A stretch of DNA of 64,000 nt from Azolla caroliniana (GCA_043228905.1 JBHGNT010000007.1:11346001-11410000); one strand, 5' to 3'; positions 49,439 to 63,516 are shown, numbered from the stretch's first letter. Translations and numbers: made by a program. The notes: a model not told the origin generated them from the letters alone.

Positions 49439-52400
49439 GAACCGTTTCTCATTGCAGGCCGGTCCAGAGTTGGGACGGAGCTTCTGGTTCCGGTCCAGGG
49501 GTGTGGAGACAGGTCGGCAATACGTCATGCCGAACTTATATAGCATATTCAACACGTAATGTCGTTGTGAGAGCAATATGCCATCGGGGGTCCGGATCAC
49601 TTCGATCCAAGGAAAATAATGAAGGTCCCCCAGGTCCTTCATTTTGAATGCGTCCGACAACTGGGACTTGATGCGGTCGATTTCGGGAAGATCCGGTCCG
49701 GTGATGACTAAATCATCCACAAACAAGAGTATACATACCGGACCATCAGAGCCTTGCCGGATGAACAACGAAGAGTCCGACTTAGAGATAGCAAACCCCA
49801 GCTTACGCAACCGGTGCGTGATCTTCGCGTTCCAGGCTTGGGGGGCTTGCTTTAAGCCGTAAAGCGACTTCTTCAGTCGGCATACTGCCGACTTGTTCAT
49901 CTCCGATTGAAATCCGGGGGGCTGAGTCATAAAGACTTCTTCTTCAAGCTCTCCTTGAAGGAAGGCGTTCTTCACATCCATCTGGTGAAGATGCCACCCC
50001 CTTGCCGCAGCAACCGCCAGTACCACACGAACCGTCGTCATCTTCGCCACAGGAGCGAAGGTCTCGTCGTAGTCGATTCCGTGGGTCTGCGCGTATCCCT
50101 TCGCCACTAACCGGGCTTTGTACCGGTTAACAGAACCATCAGCGTTGTACTTGACCTTGTACACCCACTTGCATCCGATCGGTTTATAGTGACGGGGAGG
50201 ATCAACTAGGTCCCAAGTTTCGTTGGCATCGACTGCCCACATTTCTTCGTCCATAGCGGCACGCCAATTTGCGTTCTTTGCCGCTTCTGCGTAGCTCTCC
50301 GGCTCACGCACTTCTGTCACCTTAGTCATGTACGCATAATGATGCGCCATGTATTCATTGTACCCGTACCGCATGACGGGATCCTTCTGGCGGGTTGATC
50401 GGTGCAATGCACCGTCACCTGATTTGCGGCCCTTCTTGGCCAGCTCGGTCTTCGTTGCCGAAGATCCGCCTTTCTCCTTTCCGAAGTCGGATACGCACCG
50501 ATCCGACTCATCGTTGCCGGTTTCGAATTCCGGCATCTTCCTCTTCCCCTTCTCTTTGCGCGTGAACCGTTTCCTCGGTTCCTTGCGCGGGGAGAGCACG
50601 ACAGAGTCTCCACGACTTGCCGTCTTTTCATCCGACTGGTCCAACCGACTCAATCGTTCATTCGGTCCACTCAACCGTAACGATTCCGGACTCTCATCTT
50701 GAGTCCCGGCTTCATCATCCTCTGCCAGGGCTGATTCAGGCTCACTTGCCTGATCTTCCGGCATTGGGTCGGGATCGGAAGTCGGAGTCGGTACAGAGTA
50801 CCAGAATGCCGGTTCATCGAACTCGACATCCCGGCTAACTCGGAATTCCTTCGTCCGGGGGTTATAGCACTTGTACCCCTTTCGCTCTTGAGCATAGTCG
50901 ACTAGGATGCATTTTTCTGATTTTGCATCTAGCTTTCTCCGCTTCTGATCCGGCACATGCACATACGCTATGCTGCCAAATATCCGAAGGTGTCTTAAGT
51001 TCGGCTTGCGCCTGAAATACAGCTCATGAGTTGACACGTTGTCACCAATGCGGTTTTGTATGTAGACGGCCGTCTGGACCGCCTCCGCCCAGTAGAACCG
51101 GGGCATGCTCTTCTCCTCCAGCATTGCCCTTGCCGCTTCAACGAGTGTTCGGTTCTTCCTTTCGGCCACACCGTTTTGCTCCAGTGTGTATCTGCAGCTG
51201 AACTCTCGCCGAATTCCTTTCTGCTGCAAATAACTAGTGAATTGGCCGGAGAAATATTCCTTTCCGCCATCCGACCGAAGGCATTTGATCTTTCTCTCCG
51301 ATTCCCGTTCCACCATTTTCTGGAGGCTCCGGAAACAGTCAAAGACTTTGCTCTTCCGCTCAATGAGTTAGATCCAAGTATGTCGAGTACAGTCGTCGAT
51401 GAAGGAGACGAAGTATCGGCTCCCGCCAAGACTTACACTTTGTGCCGGTCCCCACACATCTGAATGGATGAGATCGAGCTTGTTACGGCTCCGGTTCCTT
51501 TCGGTGGGGAATGGAAGCCGGTGTTGCTTCCCAAGTTGGTAGGCTTCACAGATTTCGGCTCTCCGGCCGCTGAACTTTGGCAAACCGAAAACGACTTCTT
51601 TCGTTTGCAGGTCTTGAAGCCTCCGGTAGTTGACGTGGCCTATCCGCTTGTGCCACAGGTCGATGTCCGACTCGACCTTCTGTCGTTTCACGAATAGAGC
51701 GGTGCCAAAGTCATTGGTGTCGAGGATAAACATCCTCCCGTCTCTGCGCCCTTGTGCAATGACTTCGCCCTCATCCTCAATGAAGCACCCGAGGTGCGTA
51801 AACCGCACCTGCATCCCCTGGTCGACAATCTGACCGACGGACACCAGGTTGTTCGTGATTGTCGGAACGTGTAATACGTTCATCAGCTTCCCTTTCTGTC
51901 CGACGTGGCTTAGAGGGACTTCTCCGACGTGCACGATTGGGTGAGGAGTGTCGTCTCTGGTTTCGACTACTCCTGGTTGATCCGGTTTCTCCAGAAAGGA
52001 GAACCACTCTTTGTGGCTCGTCATGTGGTTCGACGCGCCGGAATCAACATACCACACTTCCTCCGTTTTGGAAGTGGTCTTCTTCATTGAGTTTGCCTTG
52101 TGGTTCATCACCAAGGCTGGCCCCTTACCGGCCTTTCCGGTTCCGGATCCTCCTGATCCATTTGCGTAGTGCGAGTTTTGCCGGCCATCCTTACCGGTCT
52201 TGCCGGATCCGGATTTGTCCGAATCAGCACGCTTTATCCAACACTCGCTTTCCCTGTGGCCTTTTTTGCCACAGTACCAACATTCCGTAGCGGATTTGTC
52301 TTGCCGGCCTCCGGCACCGCCTTGACTCCCCCTGCTTGTGGAATTCCCGGAACTGCTGTCGGCACACTCATAGTGCCTCCGTTCCTGCTCTTGCCGGCCG

Positions 52401-52654
52401 CCTACATTGCGTGCCGACCCACCTCTTCCACCACGCCCACGGAACCGATCCGTTCCCGTGTACAGCATTCGGCTGTCCGGGGATGCATTGGTAGATGCAC
52501 CGGCGTGGTTCTCCTCTACAAGGAGCATCAACTGTAAGTCGAAGAATGAGGGGGTATTCTCCCTTGTACACACCGCAGTCCGGAACGCTTTGAACTTGGA
52601 CGCCAGGCCTCTGAGACATACCTGCACCATCTCGTCTTCCTCTACGGTAACATT

Positions 52655-53416
52655 TGTTGGGAAACAGGTCCCTCCGGATGGGAAGGAAGAAGAACCGTGC
52701 CGATGAACAAACTCGGCCTCGGCCGAAACCGTATGAGGAGGACCCGGCTACGGAGAGCCGGATGGTACAGACCTGGTATGAACCGGATGAGGAGTACCCG
52801 GCTACGGAGAGCCGGATGGTGCAGGCCCGGTATGAACCGGATGAGGAGTACCCGGCTACGGAGAGCCGGATGGTGTAGGCCCGGTATGAACCAAATGAGG
52901 AGTACCCGGCTACGGAGAGCCGGATGGTACAGACTCGGTGAGAACCGGATGAAGAGACATATTCATAAATATGTTTCTGAGAGCCCATCGAGGCTACATT
53001 TGTAAATAGCCGAAAAGTCATATTAGTATAAATATGACTTAGGGCAAACTTTTAGTAACTGTTGTTGTTGTCATTTTTCTTTGTTGGTGCAAGAAGAAGA
53101 GAGAGCACGTAATAGTTTACAGAGAGAGAGAGAAAGAGGTCTTTGCCTCTGTTGTAACCGCCGCGTGTGACGAAGATCTGTGAGCACGAGGTCGTTGCCT
53201 CAGTGAACTCACTGTTGTACATTCTCACATAGTGACAGTTTGCAGCCTGTGGGCTGCCGTGGTTTTTCCCCTAGTTTGGGGTTTTCCACGTAAACCTCCT
53301 GTGTACTATTATTTTTCCTCTCCACTGTGTCGTGCATTTGTTTTCCGTTTTCTGCATATGAAAGGAAGCTCGGTTGTGGCCGAGTGTTGGACATAAGGAG
53401 CCTTGAGTTCCCGTCA
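52655..53416 (+). mobile_element. Copia solo LTR, a more distant relative of the same LTR family
   Basis: TGTTGGGAAAC...CCCGTCA, TSD ACATT. U3 has ~54-bp tandem repeats and shares the tataaatatgacttagggcaaac block. Confidence 0.9.
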
Positions 53417-53974
53417 ACATTGATAGAGGCGAGCGAGTCGCAGATCTCCTTTATCCGGCCCGTGTAGTCTGCCACAGACATGTTCTTCTGTCGAACATTG
53501 CTCAACTCCTGTCTGAGTTGCAGCTTCCAGGCAATGGTGCTTGCGGCGAAAACCTTTTTCAGGTTCCCCCAAGCATCCTTCGGTGTCTTGGCGTCACGGA
53601 TGTGGCTGAGCAACTGATCGCCGACACTAGACGCGAAGCAGTACATCACCCTGCTTGCCGCCTGTTCCCATACCGGGAAGTCCTTGTGTGCCGTGTCTGG
53701 CGCCGCATCATTCGCTCCATCGACATAACTCCAGTACCCGTGTCCAAGCAGGTACTAGTGCATCTTGTAAGACCAGGATGCGTAGTTGCTCCTGTCGAGC
53801 TTCTCCACCGGGAGCGACGTAGCCATGCCTCTATCCATGTCTTCTACTGTGTCTGTTTTCGACCTGTCAGGGTTTTCTTCTCAAGAGTAAATGTCTGCAG
53901 CAGAGGTTCTCAACCCTCGCGCTTTGATACCATGTGAACGTAAGTGTTTGCGGAAGCGTAAAACAGAGAACAAC

Positions 53975-54013
<39 letters not shown>

Positions 54014-54389
54014 GAGAGCAGAACACAATTTCAAAATTATATCAAGACTCTATACACACACTGTGCTAAGTTGCACTATTTATACAAGTCCTCTTGGGAC
54101 TGACAGAAGTACCATGTACTTCAATGCTCACACGAGCATCTGACACTTACTACGAGACTATAGCTACCTAGTAGTCTATCCTGTACTAGGCTTCCGATTG
54201 GACTGCCGGTTACGGATTGCACCCGGCCTCCACTGCTTGCCGGTTCGGTTGCTCACCGTCATACCGATCCGTTTTGCCCGATCCATCTCGCTTACCGGCT
54301 CCGGCTTATTCAGCCGATCCGGCTCCGGTTGAGCTTGCCGCTCAACAAACGGTTAACACAATTTGGCACGCCTGGTTACAGCTGTAAGG

Positions 54390-54447
54390 TGTAAAGAATC
54401 AAGAGATGGATTCTTGTGAAGCGGAAGAGATGTGAGTTATGTGTGTG

Positions 54448-54501
<54 letters not shown>

Positions 54502-57500
54502 ACACAGAGAATATGCAAGGTAAAAGTATATTGACAAAGGAGAAAGACTCAACATTATACAAGGTGGGAGGAGGGTGCTATATGTAGTCACCCTCTCTCT
54601 TCATTAACTACAAGCCTCATGGAGCATGGGGAATGTGAAAGCTCATAAGTTATGTGTCATAGAATATGATTCTATGACTCATACTAAATGCTAGAATACA
54701 AAGTGGTGACATAATGGTGACTCTTGACCGTTGGAGTGTCTCTTCACTCTCAAGGTGAGTTCACACACTAGACCAAGTTGAGCTTGATTCTCAACACGCC
54801 CCCTCAAGCTCAAGTCGGGTTGGTTTCATACGGTATCCGAAATCCGCTTCAACTCACGTTCCGGAGTCCGCATCGACTCGCGTTGGCTCGCTTTATGCGG
54901 AGTTGCGGAATCCATGCTCCAGCTTGCGTTGTGCGAAGTCTGTGCTTCGGCTTGCGTCTTTCTTCGCGGCTTTGCGTGGTAGATCGGCTCTTTGCTGCTT
55001 CGTTGCGTGGTTGCGGAATCCACGCATTATTGCGTATTGTCTTCAGTACTCCCCCTCAAGCTTGGCAGGTTAGGGATCGTCAATCTGAGATCAGTCATGA
55101 ATTGCCATAGCTTGTCGGCTCCTAAGGCTTTAGTGAAGATGTTGGCCATTTGAAGATTGGTGCTAATGTGTTGTAGGTCGACATCGCTAGCCAGAATGCG
55201 CTCTCGGATGAAGTGATAGTGCACTTCGATGTGCTTTGTCCGTGCGTGGAACACCGGGTTCTGAGCTAGATAGATACTGCTCATGTTGTCGCAGTAAAGG
55301 GAAGTGGGATCCTTGATGGGTACGCCCAGATCCTTCAAAATCCTCTTGAGCCATACCGATTCACATGCAACTACGGTTGCGCCCCTATATTCCGCCTCCA
55401 TACTCGAAAGAGCGACGGTAGGCTGCTTCTTGCTACTCCAGGATATTGATCCGCTACCGAGGGAGAAAACAAATCCGGAGGTTGATCTTCTATCGGCTTT
55501 GTAGCCGGCCCAATCGGCGTCTGTGTACCCCTCGAGTCGTATTGGCATCGCGGTCTTGTAGAGGATGCCGCAATCCATTGTGCCGCTCACATATCGTAGA
55601 ACTCGCTTAGCGCAAACCAAGTGAGTATCACGCGGTGTTTGCATGAATTGGCTAAGGAGACTGACTGGATAACTGAGATCGGGTCGAGTGATCGTGAGGT
55701 AGATGACAGTCCCGATGAGTTGCCGATACTGAGTCGGCTCACACGCTTTGGTGCCGGAGTTCACATCAATTTTGAGATTACAATCGAGTGGGGTTGCCAC
55801 AGATTTGCACTCAGCCATCCCGAACTTGTATAACAAGTTGAGGATGTAGTGCCGTTGAGAGATCATGATTCCGGCTGGAGTCCGAATTACCTCGATGCCA
55901 AGGAAGTAGTGGAGCTCCTTCATGTCCGTCATCTCGAACTTGTCGGAAAGGAGGGATTTGACCTTAGCGATTTCGACAAGATGCTCACCTCCAATGACTA
56001 GGGCATCCACATATAAGATGATGACGATCGGACTTGCGGAATCGCTTTGTATGTAGCGGGAGTTGTCCGATTTTGACATACAGAAGCCGATTTGATGAAG
56101 ATATTGCGTTATCTTTGAATGCCAAGCACGTGGTGCTTGCTTGAGGCTGTAGAGTGGATTCTTGAGTCGGCATATGAATTTTGGATGAGTGCTCGAGTTG
56201 AAGCCAGGTGGTTGGATCATGTACACCTCCTCTTCTAATTCGCCTTGTAGAAAGGCGTTCTTGACCTCCATTTGATGGAGGTGCCACCCTTTCGCCGCGG
56301 CAATCGCAATTACGGTCCGCACCGTTGTCATCTTTGCCACCGGGGTAAAGGTCTCTTCGTAGTCGACACCATGTGTGTGAGCGTATCCTTCTGCTACGAG
56401 TCGAGGTTTGTAGCGGTTTACGGAGCCATCAACGTTATACTTCACCTTGTAGATCCATCTGCATCCAATCACCTTTTTGTGTGGTGAGGTGGGAACGAGA
56501 TCCCACGTCTCGTTCTTCCGTAGTGCCTGCATCTCCTCGTTCATTGCTTCGATCCATCGTGGGTCCTTCGCGGCTTCCGAAAAGGTTTCCGGCTCCCGTA
56601 CTATCGCTACCTTCATCATAAAGGTGTAATGGTACACCATATAATCGTTGTAGCCAAATCGGCTTACGGGGTTCTTTTCCCGAGTGGATCGGCGGAGCTT
56701 TTCATTTGCAGAGATGAGGGCTTTCTTGGCTCCGATTGGTACCTCGAAACCACCGAACTCACTGTCGAGTGAGTGAGTCGATTCATCGTCGTCGAAGTGA
56801 TCGTCTTCATATTCCGCCATCTTCGGGCTAGGCTGTGATGTGTTGTGATCACTCAAAGGCTCTTGTGGTCCACTCAGTCGGGTTGTGATCGGACTTTCTT
56901 TGATCATGCGCGTAGGGCGATCTTCATCCTCGATCTCTTGTTCGGCAGATTCCGGGTCGAGCGGAGTCGGAGGCGAAGTTGTCTCTGGTGCATACCAGGA
57001 TGTGGACTCGTCAAAAACGACGTCTCGACTTACTCGAGATTTTCGAGTTGAGGGGTTGTAGCACTTGTACCCCTTTTGTTAGAGTGTGTATCCTACGAGG
57101 ATACATTTCTCCAACTTCGGGTCAAGCTTTTGACGCTTCTCGTCGGGGATGTGCACGTACGCTATCGCATCGAATATCCGGATGTGCGATAAGTCCGGCT
57201 TCTTTCCGAAGTATTTTTCGTGCGGAGTGACCTCTAGAAACATTAAAGTCGCACCCAAAGTCAGCAATGACCACATTGACATTGTCTTGCCCATCTCTAT
57301 TCTGCAAGCCACGATCTTCGTAGTCGGAGTTGTGCCCGTACATTTCGCCACGGTCGGAGTTGTGTGCATACATTCCGCCACGATCTTCGTAGTTGGAGTT
57401 GTGTGCGTAATTGGTGAGTTGTCGGTTTGTGGAAGCCGATTCACGCATCTTCTTTCGGCACTCTTCTTCGTGGTGGCCGAGATTTCCGCAATATCCACAT

Positions 57501-57575
57501 TCGGTTGCGTTTTGACGGCTCGGGCCGGAGTGGAAGCTCCCCCTTCTTGCGAAGGTTCCTCGTTGGCCTCCATTT
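54390..57575 (-). mobile_element. Copia E: 3' LTR, RT-RNase H and a deleted integrase/gag junction
   Basis: LTR 54390-54796, PPT TGAGGGGGCG, ORF 55027-56907 with RT/RH motifs, knuckle CGYCGNLGHHEEEC. Confidence 0.85.
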
Positions 57576-57582
57576 TGCATTG

Positions 57583-58030
57583 CATATGTGCATGTGCCGG
57601 ATGAGAAGCAGAGGAAGTTGGATGCGAAGTCGGAGAAATGCATCCTGGTCGGTTACTCGCATGAGCAAAAGGGGTATAAGTGTTATAACCCCCGGACGAA
57701 GCAGGTCCGAGCTAGACGAGATGTTGAGTTTGATGAGATAGCATCATGGTATGCCTTACCAGCTCCGACTTCCGACCCCGGCCCGATATGGGAGGATGAG
57801 GTTAGTGAGCCTGAACCGGTCCAGTTAGAAGACGAAGGGTTCAAGACCCTAGATGTGAGTCCGGAATAGTTTCGGTTAAGTGGACCGAATGAGCGATTGA
57901 GTCGGGATGACTAGTCGGATGAGGAACCGGTGAGTAGTGGAGACTTTGTCGTGCTCTTCCGGCGCAAGGAACCGATGAGACGGTTCACGCACAAAGAGAT
58001 GGGGAAGAAGAAGATGCCGGAATACGAAAC
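57583..58030 (+). pseudogene. Copia integrase C-terminal fragment (D family)
   Basis: HVPDEKQRKLDAKSEKCILVGY. Confidence 0.75.
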
Positions 58031-58130
58031 NNNNNNNNNNNNNNNNNNNNNNNNNNNNNNNNNNNNNNNNNNNNNNNNNNNNNNNNNNNNNNNNNNNNNN
58101 NNNNNNNNNNNNNNNNNNNNNNNNNNNNNN
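58031..58130. other. Assembly gap (100 N)
   Basis: Direct reading. Confidence 1.
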
Positions 58131-61100
58131 AAGAAGGGGGAACTTCCATTCTGGTTCGAGTCAACAAAACTCGATCGAATGCGGATATTGCAGAAAAATC
58201 GGCCATCATGAAGAAGAGTGCCGGAAGAAGAAGCGTGAGTCGGCTTCCACAAGCCGACAACTCACAAATTATGCTACTAACTCCGATTATGAAGACCTTG
58301 GGGGAATGTTCGTGGTCAAACATAGAGCAAATTCTATGTCGTCCGACCATATCAATTTCAACCAACTCAAGGCGATGCAATCGAAAGGATTCATCATCGG
58401 GCTCCCAACCTTCAAAGAGAAAGAGATTGAAGGAGTATGTGAAGCATGCCAATTCGGCAAGCAACATTGGCACCCGTTTCCGAAGGAGAGGAATGTGAGC
58501 AAAGGCCTATTGAACATAGTCCACTTGGATGTGTGGGGACCGGCACAAATGGCTACGTTCGGAGGATGTCGGTACTCTGTTACCTTCATCGATGACTTCT
58601 CTAGATACACATGGGTTTTTCCCATGAGGATGAAGAGCGAAGTGTTTACACACTTCCAAAAATTCAAAAGCGAAGTAAAAAAGACAACTGGGCGTCATGT
58701 ACGATGTCTTGGGTCAAACAGAGGAAAGGAATACTTCTCCGAGGCATTCACAACATATCTTCGAAAAGAAGGAATTCGGCGAGAATTCACTTGCCGACAC
58801 ACACCGCAACAAAACGGTGTAGCCGAACGAATGAACCGGCACATCCTCGAGGTAGCACTGGCCATGCTCAACGAGAAGCATATGCCTAAGTCATATTGGG
58901 CAGAAGCTTCAAATACTGCCATCTACCTCATGAACCGGTGCACAACATCTAGAGTGCACAAGGTCACCCCACACGAGAAATACTATGGGAAGAAGCCGGA
59001 TCTATCCCATGTAAGGATATTCGGTTCCATTGCATACATGCACATTCCTTATGAGGAGCAGCAGAAGCTAGACCCAAAATCAGAGAACTGCATCGTCGTG
59101 GGGTACTCATTGGAGCAAAAGGGGTATAAGTGCTTCAACCCCTCTACTCGGAAGACTCGTGTAAGTCGTGTTTGACGAATCGACATCATGGTACAAACCC
59201 GAGCCGACTCCTCCCGAGCCATCTACGAACGACCTCGACAACACAGAAGACGATGATCAACTAAGGTCAATACTTGAAGAGAGTCCGATCTCAACCAGAT
59301 TGAGCGAACCACAAGAGCCTCCGAGCAACCAAAGCACATCTCGGCCAAGTCCAAAGATGGACAAAGGGAAGGCCAACATGCTGGAATATGAAGACGATCA
59401 CTTTGACAGCAATGAATCGACTCATCCACTCGATAGTGAGTTCAATGTCTTTCATGTGTCTCTTACGAGGTCACCCGGAGTTGAGAAAGCACTCACATCG
59501 GCAAATGAGAAACTCCTTCACTCCACCAGAGAGAAGAATCCTGTTAGTCGATTCGGCTACAACGACTATATGGCATACCACTATGCCTTTATGATGAAGG
59601 TGGCAGCAATTTGAGAACCGGAGAGCTTTGCCGAAGCCGCTAAAGATCCGCGATGGGTCAAAGCGATTGACGAGGAGATGCAAGCTCTTAGCAAGAATGA
59701 GACATGGGATCTCGTCCCTCACTCACCGCACAAGAAGGAAATCGGTTGCAGATGGATATACAAAGTGAAGTATAATGCAGACGGTTCTGTCAACCGCTAC
59801 AAAGCTCGACTCGTAGCAAAGGGCTACGCACAAACACAGGGCATCGACTATGAAGAGACCTTTGCCCCGGTGGAAAAAGATGACAAACGTGCAAACCATG
59901 ATAGTGCTTGCAACATCAAAAGTGTGGCACCTCCACTAGATGGATGTCAAGAACGCTTTTCTTCAAGGCGAATTAGAAGAGGTATACATGGTACAACCAC
60001 CCGGCTTTGAATCCAGCATTCATCCGAAAGCCATATGCCGACTCAAGAAGCCTCTCTACGGCCTTAAGCAAGCACCACGTGCTTGGCACTCGAAGATAAC
60101 ACAATATCTTCATCGAATCGGCTTCCGAATGTCAAAATCCGACAATTCTCTCTATGTAAGAAGCAATTCCGAAAGTCTGATCGTCATCATCTTGTACGTG
60201 GATGATCTGGTCATTGGAGGTGAGCATCTAGTTGACATCAACAAGGTCAAATCCCTCCTTTCCAATGAATAACATGAAAGAGCTCCACTACTTCCTTGGA
60301 ATCAAGGTAATTCGGACTCCAACCGGGATTATGATCTCCCAACGGCACTACATTCTCAACTTGTTATACAAGTTCGGGATGACTGAGTGCAAGTCTGTGG
60401 CAACACCTCTCGACCCAAACCTCAAACTAGATGTCAATTATGGCACCACAAAGTGTGAGCCAACTCAGTATCGACAACTGATCGGTAGTCTTATGTACCT
60501 CACGATCACTCAACCAGAACTGAGCTATTCGGTCGGCCTTCTTAGACAATTCATGCAAACGCCACGAGATATCCATTTGGATTGTGCTAAGAGAGTGCTA
60601 CGATACGTGAGCGGAACAATGGACTATGGCATTCTCTATAAGTCGGCCACGCCAATTCAACTCGAGGGGTACACAAATGCTGACTGGGCAGGCAACAAAG
60701 CCAACCGACGATCAACCTTTGGTTTCTTCTTCTCCCTCGGAAGTGGAGCCATCTCCTGGAGTAGCAAGAAGCAACCAACCGTCGCTCTTCCGAGCATAGA
60801 GGCCGAATATAGGGGGGCGGCGGTGGCTACATGTGAAACCGTATGGCTTAAGAAGATCTTGAAGGATCTGGGCATTCCCATCAAAGATCCAATTCCCCTT
60901 TACTGCGACAACATGAGAAGTATTTATTTGGCTCGGAACTTGGTGTTCTACACACGCACGAAGCATATCGAAGTGCACTATCACTTCAGTCGAGAACGCA
61001 ATCAGGCTGGTCATGTCGACCTTCAACATATCACTACGAATCTTTAGACAACCGACATCTTCACCAAAGCCCTAGGAGCCAACAAGCTCTGGCAATTCCT

Positions 61101-61654
61101 GTCAAACTTTGGATTGATGGTCCCGTACTTGCCAAGCTTGACGGGGAGTACAAGCGAAAACCGGATACCATCCGAACCATTCGAACCGGATACAAGCCGA
61201 AGCGGATATCAACCGAAGTAGCCAATCAAAGTTGAGCTTGAGGGGGCCTGTTGAGAATCAAGCTCAACCTAGTCTCGTGTGTGAACACACCCTTGAGAGT
61301 GTGCACTCAAAGGTCAAAAGTCACCACTCTTATCTACACATTAACTATGTGTCATAGAATCATATTCTATGACACATAACTAATGAGTTTTCACATTCCC
61401 CATGACCCATGAGCTTTGGTAGTTAATGAAGAGAGAGAGTGACTATATAAAGCACTCTCCTCCTACTTTGTAATTAGTTCGGTTAATCTGGTTTGTAATA
61501 TACATCATCTTGAGTATTCTATTGTTGTTCAAATCTATCTATCTTGTGTTTCTCTCTCACTCTCGCTCTCGCTCTCTGTCTCTCATACACACACACTCAC
61601 AACACATATCTCTAGTCTATTCCGCTGCACAAGAATCACCATTGATTCTTTACA
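58131..61654 (+). mobile_element. Copia F (same family as E), decayed, with 3' LTR
   Basis: Integrase 58306-59175, RT LYVDDLV, RNase H, PPT TGAGGGGG, LTR 61249-61654 (TGTTGAG...TTTACA). Confidence 0.88.
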
Positions 61655-63516
61655 GTATTAGATCGAGCTTGTTACGGCTCCGGTTTCGTTCGGTGGGGAA
61701 TGGAAGCCGGTGTTGGTTCCGAGTTGGCAAGCTTCACATATTTCAGCCTTTTGGCCGTCAAATTTCGGCAAACCGAAAACAACTTGTTTCAATTACAGGT
61801 CCTAAAGCCTCCGGTAGTTAACGTGGCCGATCCGCTTATGCCAGAGGTCGATGTCCAATTCAATCTTTTGTCCTTTGGCAAACATGGTGGTGCCGACATC
61901 ATTGGTGTTGAGGATGAACATCCTCCCTCCTCCACACTCTTGCGCGATTATCCAGCCTTCTTCCTCTATGAAGCACCCGAGGTGCGTAAACCACACCAGC
62001 ATCCCCTGGTCGATGATTTGTCCGACCGACACCAGGCTTTTTGTGATTGTCGAAACGTGTAATACATTCATAAACTTCCCCCTCAGTCCGACATGGCTCA
62101 AAGGGACTTCTCCGACATGCACAATTGGGTGAGGAGTGTCGTCTCCGGTTTCGACAACTCCTAGTTGACTCGATTTCCCAAGAAAGGAGAACCACTCTTC
62201 GTGGCTTGTCATGTGGTTCGACGCACTGGAATCAACGTACCATACTTCCTCCGATTTGGGAGTGATCTTCTTCATCGGGTTTTCCTTGTGTCTCATCACG
62301 AAGGCTGGCCCTTTACCGGTCTTCCCGGTTCCGAATCCTTCCGATCCTTCTGTGTAGTGCACACTTTGCTAGTTTTCCCAACTGGTTTTGCCGGATCCGG
62401 ATTTTTCCGAATCGGCATGCTTCTTCCAACACTTGCTTTCCCTGTGGCCCTTTTTGCCAGAGTACCAGCATTCCATGTCATCTTTTCCTTGCCGGCTTCC
62501 GACTTCCGGCACCGCTTTGACTCCCCCTACTTGTAGAGGGTCTGGAACTGCTATCGGCACCATCTCTGTGCCTTCGGTTCTGCTCTTGTCGGCCGCCTCC
62601 ATTGCGTGTCAACCCACCTCGTCCACCACGTCCATGGGGCCGATTTGTCTCCGTGTACAGCATTCGGTCGTCTAATTGAGTGGTCCTCGACCCACTCGCG
62701 TGGTTTTCTTCGATCATTAGCATCGATTCCATGTCGAAGAAAGTCGGTGGCTTCTCCCGACTGTAGATCCCTGTCCGGATTGGCCCGTACCTTTGCGCTA
62801 GACCACCAAGGCAGATTTGTACCATCTCGTCTTTGTCCACCGTCACGTTGATGGACCCGAGTGTGTCACAAATCTCCTTTGTTTTGGTTGTGTAATCTGT
62901 AACATATGGGCTGTGGTATTCGCGTCGAAAATCTTCCTCAGATTTCCCCAAGCCTCCTTTGGCATTTTTGCATCCTTTATGTAGCAGAGCATCTGGTCGT
63001 GCACACAAGATGCAAGGCAATACAATACTCGGCTCGCTCCTTGCTCCCATACCGGGAAGTCCTCGTGTGCTAGCTCCAACACTATTGTGTTCATTCCTTC
63101 ACGAAGCTCCAAATTCTATGCCCTAGTAGGTACTGGTGCATCTTGTATGACCAAGACGCAAAGTTGCTCCAGTCGAGCTTCTATGTTGGAAGTGAACTTG
63201 CCATTCCTTTGTCCATATCTTCTCTCTATTTGTTGTTACCAGGTTCTAGGGTTCGTCTACGAAAGCAAGTGTCAGCTGCAGAGGTTCTCAACCCTCGCGC
63301 TCTAATACCATGTTAATGTTAATTTGTGGAAGCGTTTAGACAGAACCGGGTCAACCAGATAGCAACAGAGAACAAGATGAAGGTTTAATGGAGAAGCTTA
63401 TTACACAGATATTATATGCAGGAGAGACAGAGAGAGGAGAACATAAACGTAGATTCAAAATAATAAAAACACTCTATACATCCAACATGCTAAACGACAC
63501 TATTTATACAAGTCCA
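61655..63516 (-). mobile_element. 5' part of Copia G (D family): gag, protease, PBS and partial 5' LTR
   Basis: CWYSGKKGHRESKC, WYVDSSASNHM, PBS TGGTATTAGAGC 63310-63299. LTR from 63311 is similar to D's LTR until ~63516. Confidence 0.82.

Larger units (their letters stand above)
48130..53827 (-). pseudogene. gag-pol of Copia D, interrupted by two solo LTRs
   Basis: CWYCGKKGHRESEC, WYVDSGASNHM, integrase EQNGVAERKNR, RT LFVDDLV, RNase H YTDADWAG. Confidence 0.9.
36912..54347 (-). mobile_element. Full-length Copia D carrying three nested insertions
   Basis: TSD AACGG. 5' LTR 53933-54347. PBS TGGTATCAAAGC 53932-53921. 3' LTR 36912-37027 plus 47131-47425. PPT TGAGGGGGAG 47435-47426. Confidence 0.93.
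36416..54385 (+). mobile_element. 5' LTR and PBS of Gypsy C (A-related), split by Copia D
   Basis: LTR starts TGTTGTCC at 36416 and is similar to A's U5 (atcgaaggtgtt). It resumes at 54353 with TTAACA, followed by caatttggcacgcctggttacagctgt as in A. Confidence 0.8.

Noticed and set aside
52697-53005. CRISPR-like or coding repeat
   Set aside because: Contiguous tandem repeats without unique spacers, inside a eukaryotic LTR.
54390-61654. Single element with inverted LTRs (DIRS-like)
   Set aside because: Both halves are ordinary Copia 3' ends with a PPT, diverged from each other and separated by an assembly gap; orientation across the gap is unverified.
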